64,000 bases of DNA, taken from assembly GCF_030028105.1 (NCBI RefSeq), contig NC_092371.1, forward strand, positions 96,127,064 to 96,191,063, read 5' to 3'. Made by a program: the position numbers and the translations under genes. Every line of letters begins with the position of its first letter. The stretch's first letter is position 1. The notes beneath the pieces are model-generated. The model was not told the DNA's origin, ran no database searches, and worked only from the letters and a program-made list of their open reading frames with translations. This stretch comes from Mobula birostris (taxonomy: Eukaryota). Shown one piece after another: positions 1 through 11,960 of the stretch.

Positions 1-150
1 TGCTGTTCTGCCTTGCTCTGTGTCCGTCTACCGAGTAAATACAGATACTAAAAAATCCTTTTGTGATCTCCCCAAGCTCTTTCGGCTTCATGGCCACTCT
101 GATCGGAAACAGCACCAATTAGTCATTTGTTATCCTTTTACTCGTAATAT

Positions 151-3075
151 ACATAGAAACCCTACAACACAATACTGGCCCTTGGGTTCACAGAGTTGTG
201 CCGAACAAGCCCCTACCTTGGAAATTACAGGGCTTACCTATAAGCTCCATTTACCTCTCTAAAAGTCTCTTAAAAGCCCCTATCATACCCGCCTCCACCA
301 CCATTGCCGGCAGCCCATTCCACGCACTCAGCACTCTCTGAGTAAAAAACTTACCCCAGACATCTCCTCTACCCAGCACCTACTCCCCAGCACCTGAAAC
401 CTGTGTCCTCTTGTGGCAACCATTTCAGCTCTGGGAAAATGCCTCTGAGTATCCACACGATCAATGCCACTCATTATCTTATACACCTCCATCAGATCGT
501 CTCTCATCCTCCGTCGCTCCAAGGAGAAAGGGCCGAGTTCACTCAACCTATTCTGATAAGGTGAGCTCCTCAATCCAGGCAACTACCTTGTAAATCTCCT
601 CTGTGCCTTTTCTATGGCTTTCACATCCTTCCTGTAGTGAGGAGACCAGAAGTGAGCACAGTCCTCCAAGTGGGGTCTGACCAGGGTCTATATAGCTGCA
701 ACATTACCTCACGGCTCCTAAATTCAATTCCACGATTGATGAATGTCAATATACCGTACGCCTTCTTAACAACAGAGTCAACCTGCGCAGCTGCTTTGAG
801 CGTCCTATGGACTCGGACCCCAAGATCCCTCTGATTCTCCACACTGCCAAGCGTCTTACCATTAATACTATATTCTGCCATCATATTTGACCTGCCAAAA
901 TGAACCATTTCACATTTATCAGGGTTGAACTCCATCTGCCACTTCTCAGCCCAGTTTTGCATCCTATCAATGTCCCGCTGCAACTTCTGACAGCGCTCCA
1001 CACTATCCACAACACCTCCAACCTTGTGTCATCAGCAGTCTTACTAACCCATCCCTCCACTTTCTCATCCAGGTCATTTATAAAAATCACGAACAGTCAG
1101 GGTCCCAGAACAGATCCCCGAGGCACTCCACTGGTGACCGACGTCCATGCAGAATATGACCGGTCTAACAGCACTCTTTGCCTTTTGTGTGCAAGTTAGT
1201 TCTGGATCCACAAATCAATGTCTCCTTGGATCCCATGCCTCCTTACTTTCTCAATAAGCCTGGCATGGCGTACCTTATCAAATGCCTTTCTGAAATCCAT
1301 ATATACTACATCTACTACTCTTCCTTCATCAATGTGTTTAGTCACATCCTCAAAAAATTCAATCAGGCTCGTAAGGCACGACCTGCCCTTGACAAAGCCA
1401 TGCTGTCTACTTCTAATCATATTATACCTGTCCAAATGTTCATAAATCCTGCCTCTCAGGATCTACTCCATCAACTTATCAACCACTGTGGTGAAGCTCA
1501 CCGGTCTATAATTTCCTGGGCTATCTCTACTCCCTTTCTTGAATAACGGAACAACATCTGCAACCCTCCAATCCGGCAGAACCTCCCCCGTCCCCATTGC
1601 TGAAGCAAAGACCATCGCCAGAGGCTCAGCAATCTCCTCCCTCGCTCCCACAGTAGCCTGGAATACATCTCATCCGGTCCCGGCTACCTATCCAACTTGA
1701 TGCGTTCCAAAGCTCCAACACATCTTCTTGATGCTTTCCAAAAGCTCCAGCACATCCTTTTTCTTAATGTCTACATGTTGAAGCTTTTCGGTCTGCTGCA
1801 AATCATCACTACAATCACCAAGATCCTTTCTCATAGATAATACTGAAGTAAAGTACCTCTGCTATTTTCTCCAGTTCCATACACACTTTACCACTGTCAC
1901 ACTTGATTGGTCCTATTCTTTCACATCTTATCCTCTTGCTCTTCACATACTTGTAGAATGCCTTGGAGTTTTCCTTAATCCTGCCTGCCAAGGCCTTCTC
2001 ATGGCCCCTTCTGACTCTTCCAATTTCCTTCTTAAGCTCCTTCCTGTTAGCCTACTAATCTTCCAGATCTCTAGCATTACCTAGCACTCTGAACCTTTCG
2101 TAAGCTTTTCTTTTCCTCTTGACTATATTTATTACAGCATTTGTACACCACGGCTCTTGTACCCTACCATAAATTCCCTGTCTCATTGGAACGTACGTAT
2201 GCAGAACTCCACACAAACATCCCCTGAATATTTGCCATATTTCTTCCGTACTTTTCCCTGAGAACATCTGTTTCCAATTTAAGCCTCCAATCTCCTGCCA
2301 GATAGCCTTAAAATTCCCCTTACTCCAATTAAACTCTTTTCTAATTTGTCTCTTCCTATCTAGCTCCAATGTTATTGTAAAGGAGATAGAATTATGATCA
2401 CTATCTCCAAAATGCTCGCCCACTGAGAGATCTGACACCTGCCCAGGTTCATATTGTGTCAAGAAACCTTCCTGAACATATCTAGCAAACTATACCCCAT
2501 CTAAACCCCTTGTTCTAGCGAGATACCAATCGATATTTGGGAAATTAAAATCTCCCATCACGACAATTTTTACACCTTTCTAGGATCTGTTTCCCTATCT
2601 GCTCCTCCATATCCCTGTTACTATTGGGCGACCTATAAAAAACACTGAATAAAATTATTGACGCCTTTTTGTTCCTAACCTCCACCCACAGTGTCTCTGT
2701 AGACAATCCCTCCATGATGTCCACCTTTTTCTGTTGCCGTGACACTATCTCTGATCAACAGTGCCACACCCCCACCTCTTCTGCCTCCATTCTTGTCCTT
2801 TATGAAACAGCTAAAACCCGCACTTGAAGTAACCATTCCTGTCCCTGAGCCATCCAATTCTCTGTAACGGCCACCACATCGTAGCTCCAAGTATTGATCC
2901 ACGCTCTAAGCTCATCCGCTTTGTTCACAATAATCCTTGCGTTAAAATAGACACATCTCAAACCGTCGGTCTGAGCGCGTCCCTTCTTTATCACCTGCCT
3001 ATCCTCCCTCACAGACTTCTCCAAGCTTTCTCTATTTGTGAGACAACCGCCTCTTCCCCAGTCTCCTCAGTTCGG
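151..3075 (-). mobile_element. CR1 LINE, disrupted ORF2 (endonuclease + RT) with 3' tail
   Basis: Minus-strand ORF fragments with CR1 motifs ([38 protein letters not shown]-like endonuclease start); ACATAGAA-type tail near 151; several stops/frameshifts. Confidence 0.92.
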
Positions 3076-4186
3076 TTCTACTCGGTTCGATTGTAGAAAC
3101 TCTGGGGATTTCCTTTGCTTTGTCTACTGGAGCAACCTCATGTCTTCTTTCAGCCATCCTAATTTCCTTCTTAAGTGCTCTCTTAGTGTCCTGAGAAGTA
3201 CATTGCTTAGACTCCATGTCATTTATATAAATCACAAACCGCGTAACCTTGTCAAAAACTCAATCAATGTAGTACGGCACTGCCTGCCACACACAAAGCC
3301 ATGTTGACTTTCGCTAATTGGGCTATGGGTTTCCAGATGCTCATATATCCTATTGCCAAGCGTTTTCTCCCGCAATTTCCTACAACTGACGTGGGGCTCT
3401 CCAGTCTATAGTTCTGAGGACTTTCTCTTGTTCCCTTCGTAAACAGAGGTATATCATTAATCACTCGTCAGTCCTCTGGGACTTCGCCTGTGGCTACAGA
3501 AGACACAAAGATACTGGTCAAGGCTCCAGCCATCTCGTTTTCTGACTCTTTTAATAACCAGGGATAACTCCCATCTGGCCCTGGGGACCTATATACCTTT
3601 ATACTCATTGGGAGGCCGAGAACCTCCTTCTTCTTAACCTCTAAATGTCCTCATGTATTTATACATTCAGCACTGCATTCCCTTGAAAAGATGGTTTCCT
3701 TTTAGTTATTTTGCATACATGTAGTCTTGCGTTACGTCTTCAGTAGCTTCACACGTCATATTCCTACAACAATGAACGCCAGATGTTTGAAATCTAAAGC
3801 AGAAACAGAACATGCTGGACACTCAGCCGCTCAAGCAGCATCTGTGGAAGAAGAAGCAGAGTTTACGTTTCAGATCCCACACCTGCCATCAAAATACTCT
3901 GATGAATTAAATTGCCAGTAATACTTTTCTTAAACAAGGGCTCCCTGCCCTGCTGAATATTCCCAGCATTTTCTGTGCTTAAGTTTAGCTTCATCTTTAC
4001 TGGTCCGAGTATGCCGTTCGGCATTTTGCAATGAACCGCAGTTGATCCTCTGTCTTGACAATATTTGCACAATGAGGGTACATGCTCATCTTGAGGAAGA
4101 TCCGCGAAGGCTTTCCCAATGATACACGTGATCTTGCACAATCTAGGCTCTTGTATTCACTTTCACCTCTCCTTACCCGTGTCTCT

Positions 4187-4462
4187 TGGGCATCTGGGTA
4201 GCGTAGCGGTCAGCGCAACACAACAACAAATTTCGAACTTTATTTCTGGGGCTGTGTGTAGGAAGCTGTTCGTTCTTCCCGTGAATCGCATCTGTTTCTT
4301 CCGGGTGCTTCGGTTTCCTCCCATATTTCAAAGACGTTCCCGTTACTAGATTAATTCCTCATCGTAAATTTTCCTGGGATTAGGCTCGTTTTAAATAGGT
4401 AGGTTGCTCGACGGTCTGGCTCGTTGGACTGGAAGGGCCTGTTCTGTGCTGTATCTCTAAAA
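4187..4462 (+). mobile_element. V-SINE (HE1-like); paralogous copy at 15281-15615
   Basis: Central TTCTTCCGGGTGCT(T/C)CGGTTTCCTCCCA V-domain motif and GGGCCTGTTC(T/C)GTGCTGTATCTC LINE-like tail. Confidence 0.75.
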
Positions 4463-4603
4463 CCTGAGAATGATGAGGTGTGCCATTCGTTTTCTCTTCA
4501 TCCTATGCCGGACATTTATTTTGTTCTCTCTGCCCTCCCTATCCTCTATACTTCAATCATTTACACTTTCTAATGAAAGGGCATTGAACTAAAATATTAG
4601 GAG

Positions 4604-4810
4604 TGTCAAGAAACCCCGTGACGGGAATAAAGAACCAGCAGAGATGGAAAACACTTCGAAGTCTAATATTGCTATAAACCAATAATATTTTTTAGTAACT
4701 ACGCAATACAGGAATATAAATGTAGATAAATCGAACAGCTTAGCAATGATTATATAAAAGTAAGTGTGGAATATAAATGCATGAAAAACCAAGCTTCTTT
4801 AAGTCTGGGG
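4604..4810 (+). mobile_element. Truncated LTR, same family as 10488-10908
   Basis: Begins TGTCAAGAAACCCCGTGACGGG...AAAGAACCAGCAGAGATGGAAAACAC, the reverse complement of the end of the 10488-10908 element; absent from paralog at ~15770. Confidence 0.65.
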
Positions 4811-4819
4811 ATAAAAAGA

Positions 4820-5460
4820 TACAGTGGATCTGGGGTTGAGAGGGTGAACAGCTTTAAGTTCCTTGGCATCAGCATCACCGAGGACCTCACGTGGTCTGTA
4901 AACACCAGCTGTGTGGTGAAATTGCAAAACAGCGCCTTTTACACCTCAGACAGGAAGAAGGTCGGTATGGGCCCCCAAATTCTGAGAACTTCCTACAGGG
5001 GCAGAATTGAGAACATCCTGATTGGCTGTATCACTGCCTTGTATGGGAACTATACCTCCCTTAATCGCAGGATTCTGCGGAGAGTGGTGCGGATAGCTCA
5101 GCGCATCCATAGTTGTGATCTTCCCATGATTCAGGACATTTAGGGTTAGGGTGTGAAAAAAGGACTCGACGGATCATTGGGGACCCGAGTTACCCCAACC
5201 ACAATCTATTCCAGCTAAAACCATCCGGAAAACTTTACCACAGCATAAAAGCCAGGACCAGCAGGTTCCGGGACAGTTTCTTCCACCAGACCATCAGACT
5301 GATTAACTCACGCTGATTTGAGTGTATTTCTATGTTACACTGATTGTTCTATTTCTTATAAATTATTATAAATTACTACGATTGTCCATTGCACATTTAG
5401 ACGGACCAGTTATGTAAAGAGTTTTACTCCTCATGTATGTGAAAGATGTAAGAAATAAAG
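4820..5460 (+). mobile_element. Rex1/Babar LINE 3' fragment
   Basis: ORF 4766-5143 contains VERVNSFKFLGISITEDLTWS and IENILIGCITALYGN, typical Rex1/Babar C-terminal motifs. Confidence 0.8.
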
Positions 5461-6882
5461 TCAATTCCATTGCAATTGGTAATTCAATCCAAAGTGCGCA
5501 TTATTAAACTTTGAAAGATTTTTGGGAACTACCTGTATGCCAGGCAGTTTAGATTAGTTTTTGCAGATATGCAGTCCTCTTTTATAGTCATTTAGTAATG
5601 TATGCATTAAGAAATGATACAATGTTCCTCCTATGTGATATCAGAGAAACACAAGACAGACCAAGACTGAAAAACTGACAAAAACCACATGATTATAACA
5701 TATAGTTACAACAATGCAAGCAATACCGTAATTTGACAGAAGAACAGACCATGAGCACAGTTAAAAAAAAGGCTCCAAGTCTCTCTAAAGTTCCAACATC
5801 TCACGCAGACGGTAGAATAAAGAAAACTCTCCCTGCCATGAGCTTCCAGCGCCGCAAACTTGCCGATGCAGCATTCTGGAAGCATCCGACCACAATCCGA
5901 CTCTCAGTCCGTCTGAAAAATTCGAGTCTCCGATCAGCCTTCCGACACCGAGCACCGAGAACCATCTCTGCCGAGCGCTTCGACCCCAGCCCCGACCGCC
6001 AGCAACAGGCAAAGGCAAGGATTTGGGGTCTTCCCCTCCGGAGATTCTCGATCGCACTGTAGCAGCGGCAGCGAACCGGGCATTTCAGAAGTTTCTCCAG
6101 ATGTTCCTTTGTGTTTCTTACGTCTGTCTCCATCAAATCAGGATTGTGCACGGCACCTATTTAACAAATACGATATCATTTTCACCGGAGAGGCCGCGCG
6201 CGCTGCGTCGCGCCGCGATCTTCTCCTTCCTTTTCTTTGGAATAGCAAATAAAACGCAGAAAGAACCCGTTGCAGAACCGAAAGGACGTCACCTAGCAAT
6301 AACTGTAGAGTGTGCCTTGTATCTTGGGCCGGGATCACCACTTGAAAACAGTGGAGACACAGTTGCTTGAGGGGTGTAGCAAAAAACTGAGTTGTATAAA
6401 GGGAAATATAAACTTTCCTAGATGATGAGTCCATAATCATATCTCCAGTCTCAGGCTGAGAATTTGCTACTAGGAACAGAAGTGAGAAGGAATCGGGCCC
6501 TTTTGTCCGAATTCCGACTTAGTGGCGTTTCAAGTACCCAGAAATGGCACCTTGGCACAGCCTGCTCCTCGTTCAACCACAAGCACGTAATATGCTGTCG
6601 ATGGTGTAATTCTCCAGCCTTTGGAGGCATCGTTATTAAATTCGTTCATAAAATCACTCATTTTTGAATATTAAGGCAAAGGCCAGGAACATGACGCTGA
6701 GGTCAAATATCAAGCAGAACTTGATGAGTGTCTGAACATGTCAGGAGGACAAAATGCCGTTTTACTCTTCCCAGTTTTATAGCTAATGACCGATACAACC
6801 AGAGCACGGCATCAGCTGCCCGTCGTCCGATTATACTCAACCACTGACACGCTAGATATACAGGTTACCAGAAGAATACAAT

Positions 6883-6888
6883 TTTATT
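6883..6888 (-). promoter_or_regulatory. Polyadenylation signal (AATAAA) of the minus-strand IgL C pseudogene
   Basis: TTTATT on + strand, about 170 bp downstream of the TAA at 7057-7059; mutated to AGTGAA in the paralog near 17270. Confidence 0.6.
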
Positions 6889-7056
6889 TTTTTGTAACAA
6901 AAGATTCTGGGTCATATTTACAAAGTGAAAGGCTTTCCTGCCATAATTCGAAGTACGGCTGTAGGAAATCCGCTTGCAAACAGGAAGAAAATATTCGTTG
7001 AATGTTCCTGTACCCGACCATAAATAACAGCGCGAACCCAGACGACCGGCTCCTCC

Positions 7057-7368
7057 TTACACGCAGCCTGATCTCTGGATGCTTCGTTTCCGCAGAGACT
7101 CGAGTATACCCCCACAAGTTCACTTTTCTTCTGAGTTCCACTCAGCGGCGGTCACCGTGAGGTAACTGCTGACGGTGTAGGTCTGGTCGCTATCCTGGAC
7201 GACTCGGGTTGTCTGGAGACCAGTCCACGACATTATGGTCCATTTCTCAGGCCACCTTCACCGGTCCAGGGGAAACGTTGTTCCACACCAGAGTCGCCAT
7301 CTGTCCTTCAGTGCTTTGTTCAGTCGCGGGTGGAGGAAAAGCAATCGAAGGGCTGCACAATTTTCCAC
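7057..7368 (-). pseudogene. Immunoglobulin light-chain constant exon, divergent type, pseudogenised
   Basis: Acceptor TTTTCATTCCAG|GT; translation GKLCSPSIAFPPPATEQSTEGQMATLVW-NNVSPGPVKVA*EMDHNV..(frameshift)..GLQTTRVVQDSDQTYTVSSYLTVTAAEWNSEEK*TCGGILESLRKRSIQRSGCV*. C1-set IgL motifs (SSYLT, EWNS, penultimate Cys); first Cys lost, core Trp is TGA. Confidence 0.9.
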
Positions 7369-7724
7369 CTGGAATGAAAAAGAAATGTCCATATTAAAGA
7401 ACAATAACAAATCGCGTGTCAGACATTTAATACTTGGTCGCTTGACCTGAGGCCACACCGATGGGAAGTTGCAGGTTTACGTCCCACACTGAAGACTAGT
7501 GCCAAACATGGACTGACATTGTAGACCGGTGCCGAATGTCTGTTAAACAATCGCCATTAGGTAGTTGCGGTAACCGTACATGACCTTTGGCAGTTATTTT
7601 CAAGGGAAGGAGGACAGAGAGATTATTGCTCTAAACAATATTTATAACTGAAAACTATCAACAAAATTAGCTGGCTACATTGAAATTACTGAGACCTTCC
7701 GGTGCTAGAATTGGCTCCAGCAGT

Positions 7725-7866
7725 NNNNNNNNNNNNNNNNNNNNNNNNNNNNNNNNNNNNNNNNNNNNNNNNNNNNNNNNNNNNNNNNNNNNNNNNNNNN
7801 NNNNNNNNNNNNNNNNNNNNNNNNNNNNNNNNNNNNNNNNNNNNNNNNNNNNNNNNNNNNNNNNNN
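7725..7866. other. Assembly gap (142 N)
   Basis: Run of N in the sequence. Confidence 1.
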
Positions 7867-8199
7867 ATATTTATTTTAATGTGGATTACCAGTTGTACAG
7901 GAACTATCAGTTTCACAGACAGACGTCGTCAGTTAAGTGCTTGACTATACAAGAAGACTGGACGTCGCTCTGCTGCATGGGTTTTAACAAAATGACCCTG
8001 GATATCTAAGCAAACATAAACCGCTGCCCAAACACCTACCAATTCGCGCGCGATCACCTACACGAGTATTCGCTCTTCTTAAGGCTTCGAACGAACTTTC
8101 TTCCTATCCCATGCAATGAAACCAGAAAAGGCGAGTTTTCAACAATCACCGTCTGCTGTGCATCCCTGATATAATAGAGACCTACAGTATGTAGTGAGG

Positions 8200-9570
8200 T
8201 GAGGCGAGGCCTCCGGTCGGTCATAGTTGACCATGGATATTGCGTCCTAGCTTTCCAGATACGCAAGCCCGTGCACACGAATTGAAGAGCAAGCTGTTGC
8301 CCATGTAGCAAGCTTCCCTTTTCCGCGCACCTGGTGAACCCAAAGGAACAGCAGAGGCCGATACAGTTCGGTACGAGCAGCGTCGCAGTAGTTCCCAATC
8401 AACATTGAACTCAATGTAGGACTGCCATAGGGACACCAGCCCCGGATTGTTCCCTCGGGGTTAACTCCGAATCCTTCCCAATGAGAGGCTATAGCCGCAA
8501 GGCAGCGTAGATGTCACAAGGAGGGCATTGATGGCGGACCCAAATGCAAGACACAAACACGTCTTGAGGTTAACTAAATCGAGTTTATTGTTCGTTACAA
8601 GGAGAGCAAAGCAGAAGTGGGAATAGCGTAATGGGCAAGGACTCAGGCCCTGGACTAGGCTGGGACTAAGGGTCTGGGCCAGGACTCGGAACACGGACCT
8701 AGGAGCCAGGACTCGGAACACGGACCTCGGAGCCAGGACTCGGACCACGGATCTCAGAACACGGACCTCGAAGACAGGACACGATACCTGAAATCTCCGG
8801 AGCCAGGACTCGATACTTGACACCTCCGGAGCCAGGACTCGATTCTCGAAACCTCCGGAGCCAGGGCTTTATACTCGAAAACCTCCAGAGCCAGGACTTG
8901 ATACTTGAAAACCTCCGGAGCCAGGAACTCTTCTTATTCACGGGACAGACTCAGAATAGGACATAAAACATTGAGCCGGGAATCTTGCTTAGACACAGGA
9001 CGGAGTCGGGACTATTCTTGACACAGGGTCAGGACCCTTCCAGGCTACAGCGCCGTACCCCTTTTAGACAGAGAACATGGATACGGAGACTACACAACGA
9101 TAGATAGTACTATAACTGGGCACAAGTATGCTCCAAGCAGCGGCTAGCTCTTGACTCACCCCAGCGGGTTAACTTTGACTGACCCGCTCTGGCAAAGGAA
9201 GGTGGCTTGCTGGCACTTGCTTCGGGAAGAGACTAGGCTTGCTCCGGCAAGAAATTTAGTAGGCTCCGGCCAGATGACATTGGCTCGCACTACCTTCGGT
9301 GACTTCATTAACGCTCTTACGCCGAACGGCTGAAAGCCGGAGACTTATAAACTGCCAGTTCAGCCAAGAGTAAATTGCCTCTAATCACCAAGCCTGAAGG
9401 ACACGGGAAAGCAGGGAGCCAAAGGGAAACAGGGATTCAATGGTCGGATCGTAGCATAAACAAAGTAAATTTAAAGGGAAACCCGATCCGGACCATGACA
9501 GTAGATTTGAGATCAGAGTTTTCCTTCTCCTAGATGAGCTGCCAACCACGGTTAATGGGCCCCATCTGCT
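8200..9570. mobile_element. RTE-like/non-autonomous retroelement fragment split by a solo LTR
   Basis: Repeat-like sequence continues across the LTR (GGCAGCGTAGA | TTTGAGATCAGAG); class assignment is recollection only. Confidence 0.4.
8512..9500. mobile_element. Solo LTR with internal tandem repeats, 5-bp TSD GTAGA
   Basis: TGTCAC...CATGACA termini; GTAGA at 8507-8511 and 9501-9505; about 9 copies of a 27-30 bp unit GCCAGGACTCG...CCTCCGGA at ~8678-8927. Confidence 0.88.
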
Positions 9571-10194
9571 CCATGCGACCAATGCAATAGCTGATCGATA
9601 AACGCATTTATCACTGCATTGCGACCAACTCCCCAATTCTTCGGCCCATTTCGTCTATACCGACTAAAGAGTCTTCTTGAGCTGGACCCATTCACCGGCA
9701 TTTTCCGTGTATTTCTTTAAACATTTCCTATCTGCGCACATCTCCAAACGGTTTTAAAACTTCGTAATTGTTGCAGTGCCTACCAATTCCTCTGGCAGGT
9801 ATTTTAACATCGTCCCCTTTGATATTTCCCTCTCACCTTAAGCCCATCCAATTCAGTTTTTGGCACCGCGTCGATGGGAAATGGACCTTAGCCATTTACG
9901 CTATATATTCCCATCACTATGTACTAAACCTCTATAATGTCATATCAGCCCACTTGCGTCGAAGAAAAGCAGTCCCAAATTATCCCAGTCGCCCATTATA
10001 ATTCAAGACTGCCATTTCATGTTGTCAACTACTACCATGCCTACATCAACCATTTTGGTGACATCGATAAAACAGCCATGTAAATTTGGGAGCCGAGATT
10101 TCTCACGCACAAAACTATTTTAACTATTCCTAATTATTCATTTGCCTTTGCATATGCATATGGATCCTGTCTCGCAGAATCACCTGTAGTAATC

Positions 10195-10487
10195 TTCCCA
10201 ACACTAACGTTGGGCTCGCCTGCCTGTAATTCCGTAGCTTATCCTTAAAGTTTCTCTTAAATAAAGATGGAACATCAGCCAACCTATAGGTTTCCAAAAA
10301 CACAGCTGTGGCTAACGAAGATGCAAAAGTGTCTGCAAAGGTCCAGCAAACTGCACCCAAGCTTGCTACAATTTTTCGGAAATAGATAGCACGATCCCAG
10401 GAGTTACCCACGGCTATCCTCCTCAAAAATACAAATAACGATTTTGCATAATATCATTACCTTTCAGGGCATCACTGTGCCCGGCCT
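10195..10487. repeat. Block X (decayed CR1), paralogous to 28445-29072
   Basis: Shared CAGCAAACTGCACCCAAGCTTGCTACA and GATTTTGCATAATATCATTACCTTTCA.GGCATCACTGTGC. Confidence 0.85.
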
Positions 10488-10908
10488 TGTGAAAAAGGGG
10501 TGACCGGTGTGAAGTTATTAGTTTGCCCAATCCTCGCCTGGGTTGATAACTCACCCACAGAAGACGGTCTGCTTGAAGGATTTCGGAGGATAACGGAGAA
10601 TCGACGGCATCTGCTAACCTGAAGAAATAAACGTCTGTCTCTCTCTCCAACAGTACTCAACTCAATAATACGAACTGAACTCCACCTATCATCGTAAGAT
10701 TGTATCCAATTACCTCCTAAGCTCGAAGAAGCTTGGGTCTATTATTTCCACACTTATATATAATCATTGCTAACCTGTCTGCTACACATGAATTTTTGCT
10801 TCTGTATTGCGTAGTTACTAATAAACGAGCTTTAGAAAATAGCAATACCAGACTCCAATGTGTTTTCCATTTCTGCTGGTTCTTTAACCCGTTACGGGGT
10901 ACGTAACA
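10488..10908 (-). mobile_element. Solo LTR without target-site duplication
   Basis: TGTGAAAA...CGTAACA termini; flanks GGCCT / CACCA do not match; same family as 4604-4810. Confidence 0.72.
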
Positions 10909-11960
10909 CACCAATAACCCGTGATCTCTAGTTCTAATTTCACCCAAACTTAGTGGAAAAGCCCAGCTTGTGTTTAAGCTGTCCATACCTCTCATAATTT
11001 TGTACACCTCCATCAAATTGCCAATCACTCTCCTTTGCTCCAGGGAATTATGTCCAAATCTATTCAACCTTTCCCCATAATTCAGGTTCAGTGCCAGTAG
11101 CATCCTTTTACATTTTCGCGGCACTCTTTCAATGCTATTGATATCGTTCCTGTGGGCACGTGACTAGAATTACATATAATACTCCAAATAAAGCTTCGCA
11201 AACGTCTTATACAACTTCAAGGTTTCATCCCAACTCTTGTACTCAGTATTTATTTTGATCTACGAAGGCCAATATGCCAAAAGCTATCCTTACGGCCATA
11301 TTTACCTAGGGCGATATTTTGAAGAAATTGTGGATCTGCATTCCTTTTGTTCTACCGTACTCCTCAGTGCCCTGCCGCTCATCGTGTAAGCTCTATCTGG
11401 TTTGTCCTCTCAAAGTACAATAATCGCCACCTGCCATTTTTCAGCCCATTTATTCCGGCTGCTCCAGATACCGCTGCAAGCTTCAATAGCCTTCCTCGCT
11501 GTCCATTAAGTCCCCAATCTTGGTGTCATTCACAAATTTGATGACCTAGTTTACCACATTATGAATCGGATTATTGATATAGATGACAAACAACAACGGA
11601 CATAACACCCATCCCTGAGGTACACAACTGGTCACAGGCCTCCACTCACAGAGGCAAACATCTACTAGCACTCTCTGGTGAACGCAACGTCTAATCCAAA
11701 TTTTTACCTTATACTGAATGCCAAGCGAGTTAACCTTCATGACAACCTCCCATACGGGGCCTAGTCACCGTCCTTGCTATAGTCCACGTAGGCAATATCC
11801 ACAGTATTTTCTTCATCAAACCTCTTGATAAGGGTCTTGAAAAAATTTATGAGATTGGTTAGAACTGACACACCACGCACAAATCCATGTTGACCTTTCC
11901 TAATTAGTCTCTGTTTTTCTCCAAACGCCGTTATATCTGATCCCTTAGAATCCCTTATGA
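10909..11960. repeat. Block Y (decayed CR1), paralogous to 23407-24690 downstream of the lambda C exon
   Basis: Shared GATCTCTAGTTCTAATTTCACCCA..CTTAGTGGAAAAGCCCAGCTTG and CCCATCCCTGAGGTACAC..CTGG.CACAGGCCTCCACTCA.AGAGGCAAACATCTACTAGCACTCTCTGG. Confidence 0.88.

Larger units (their letters stand above)
3310..7071. repeat. Segmental-duplication block (copy A), paralogous to 12575-17485 and partly to 50725-51710
   Basis: Collinear similarity by eye, e.g. TTGAAAAGATGGTTTC at ~3683/14780/50729 and CTACTAG(G/A)AACAGAAGTGAGAAGGAATC at ~6467/16849; copies differ by private TE insertions. Confidence 0.9.

Noticed and set aside
6440-7050. Conserved block with small ORFs (also 16800-17470) considered as a gene or transposase
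   Set aside because: Frames are not conserved between copies; explained as the 3' UTR/flank of the minus-strand C carried by segmental duplication.
7425-7460. J-like GQATK on the minus strand, and KLIV near 7900
   Set aside because: No FGxG, no in-phase GT donor and no RSS.
8678-8927. Regularly spaced 27-30 bp repeats (also 58440-58710 and 59671-59856) resembling a CRISPR array
   Set aside because: No unique spacers; degenerate tandem units inside LTR/hAT elements in a vertebrate genome.
10473-10479. RSS heptamer CACTGTG (also at ~29058)
   Set aside because: No proper nonamer at 12 or 23 bp, no adjacent J, and it lies in decayed CR1 sequence.
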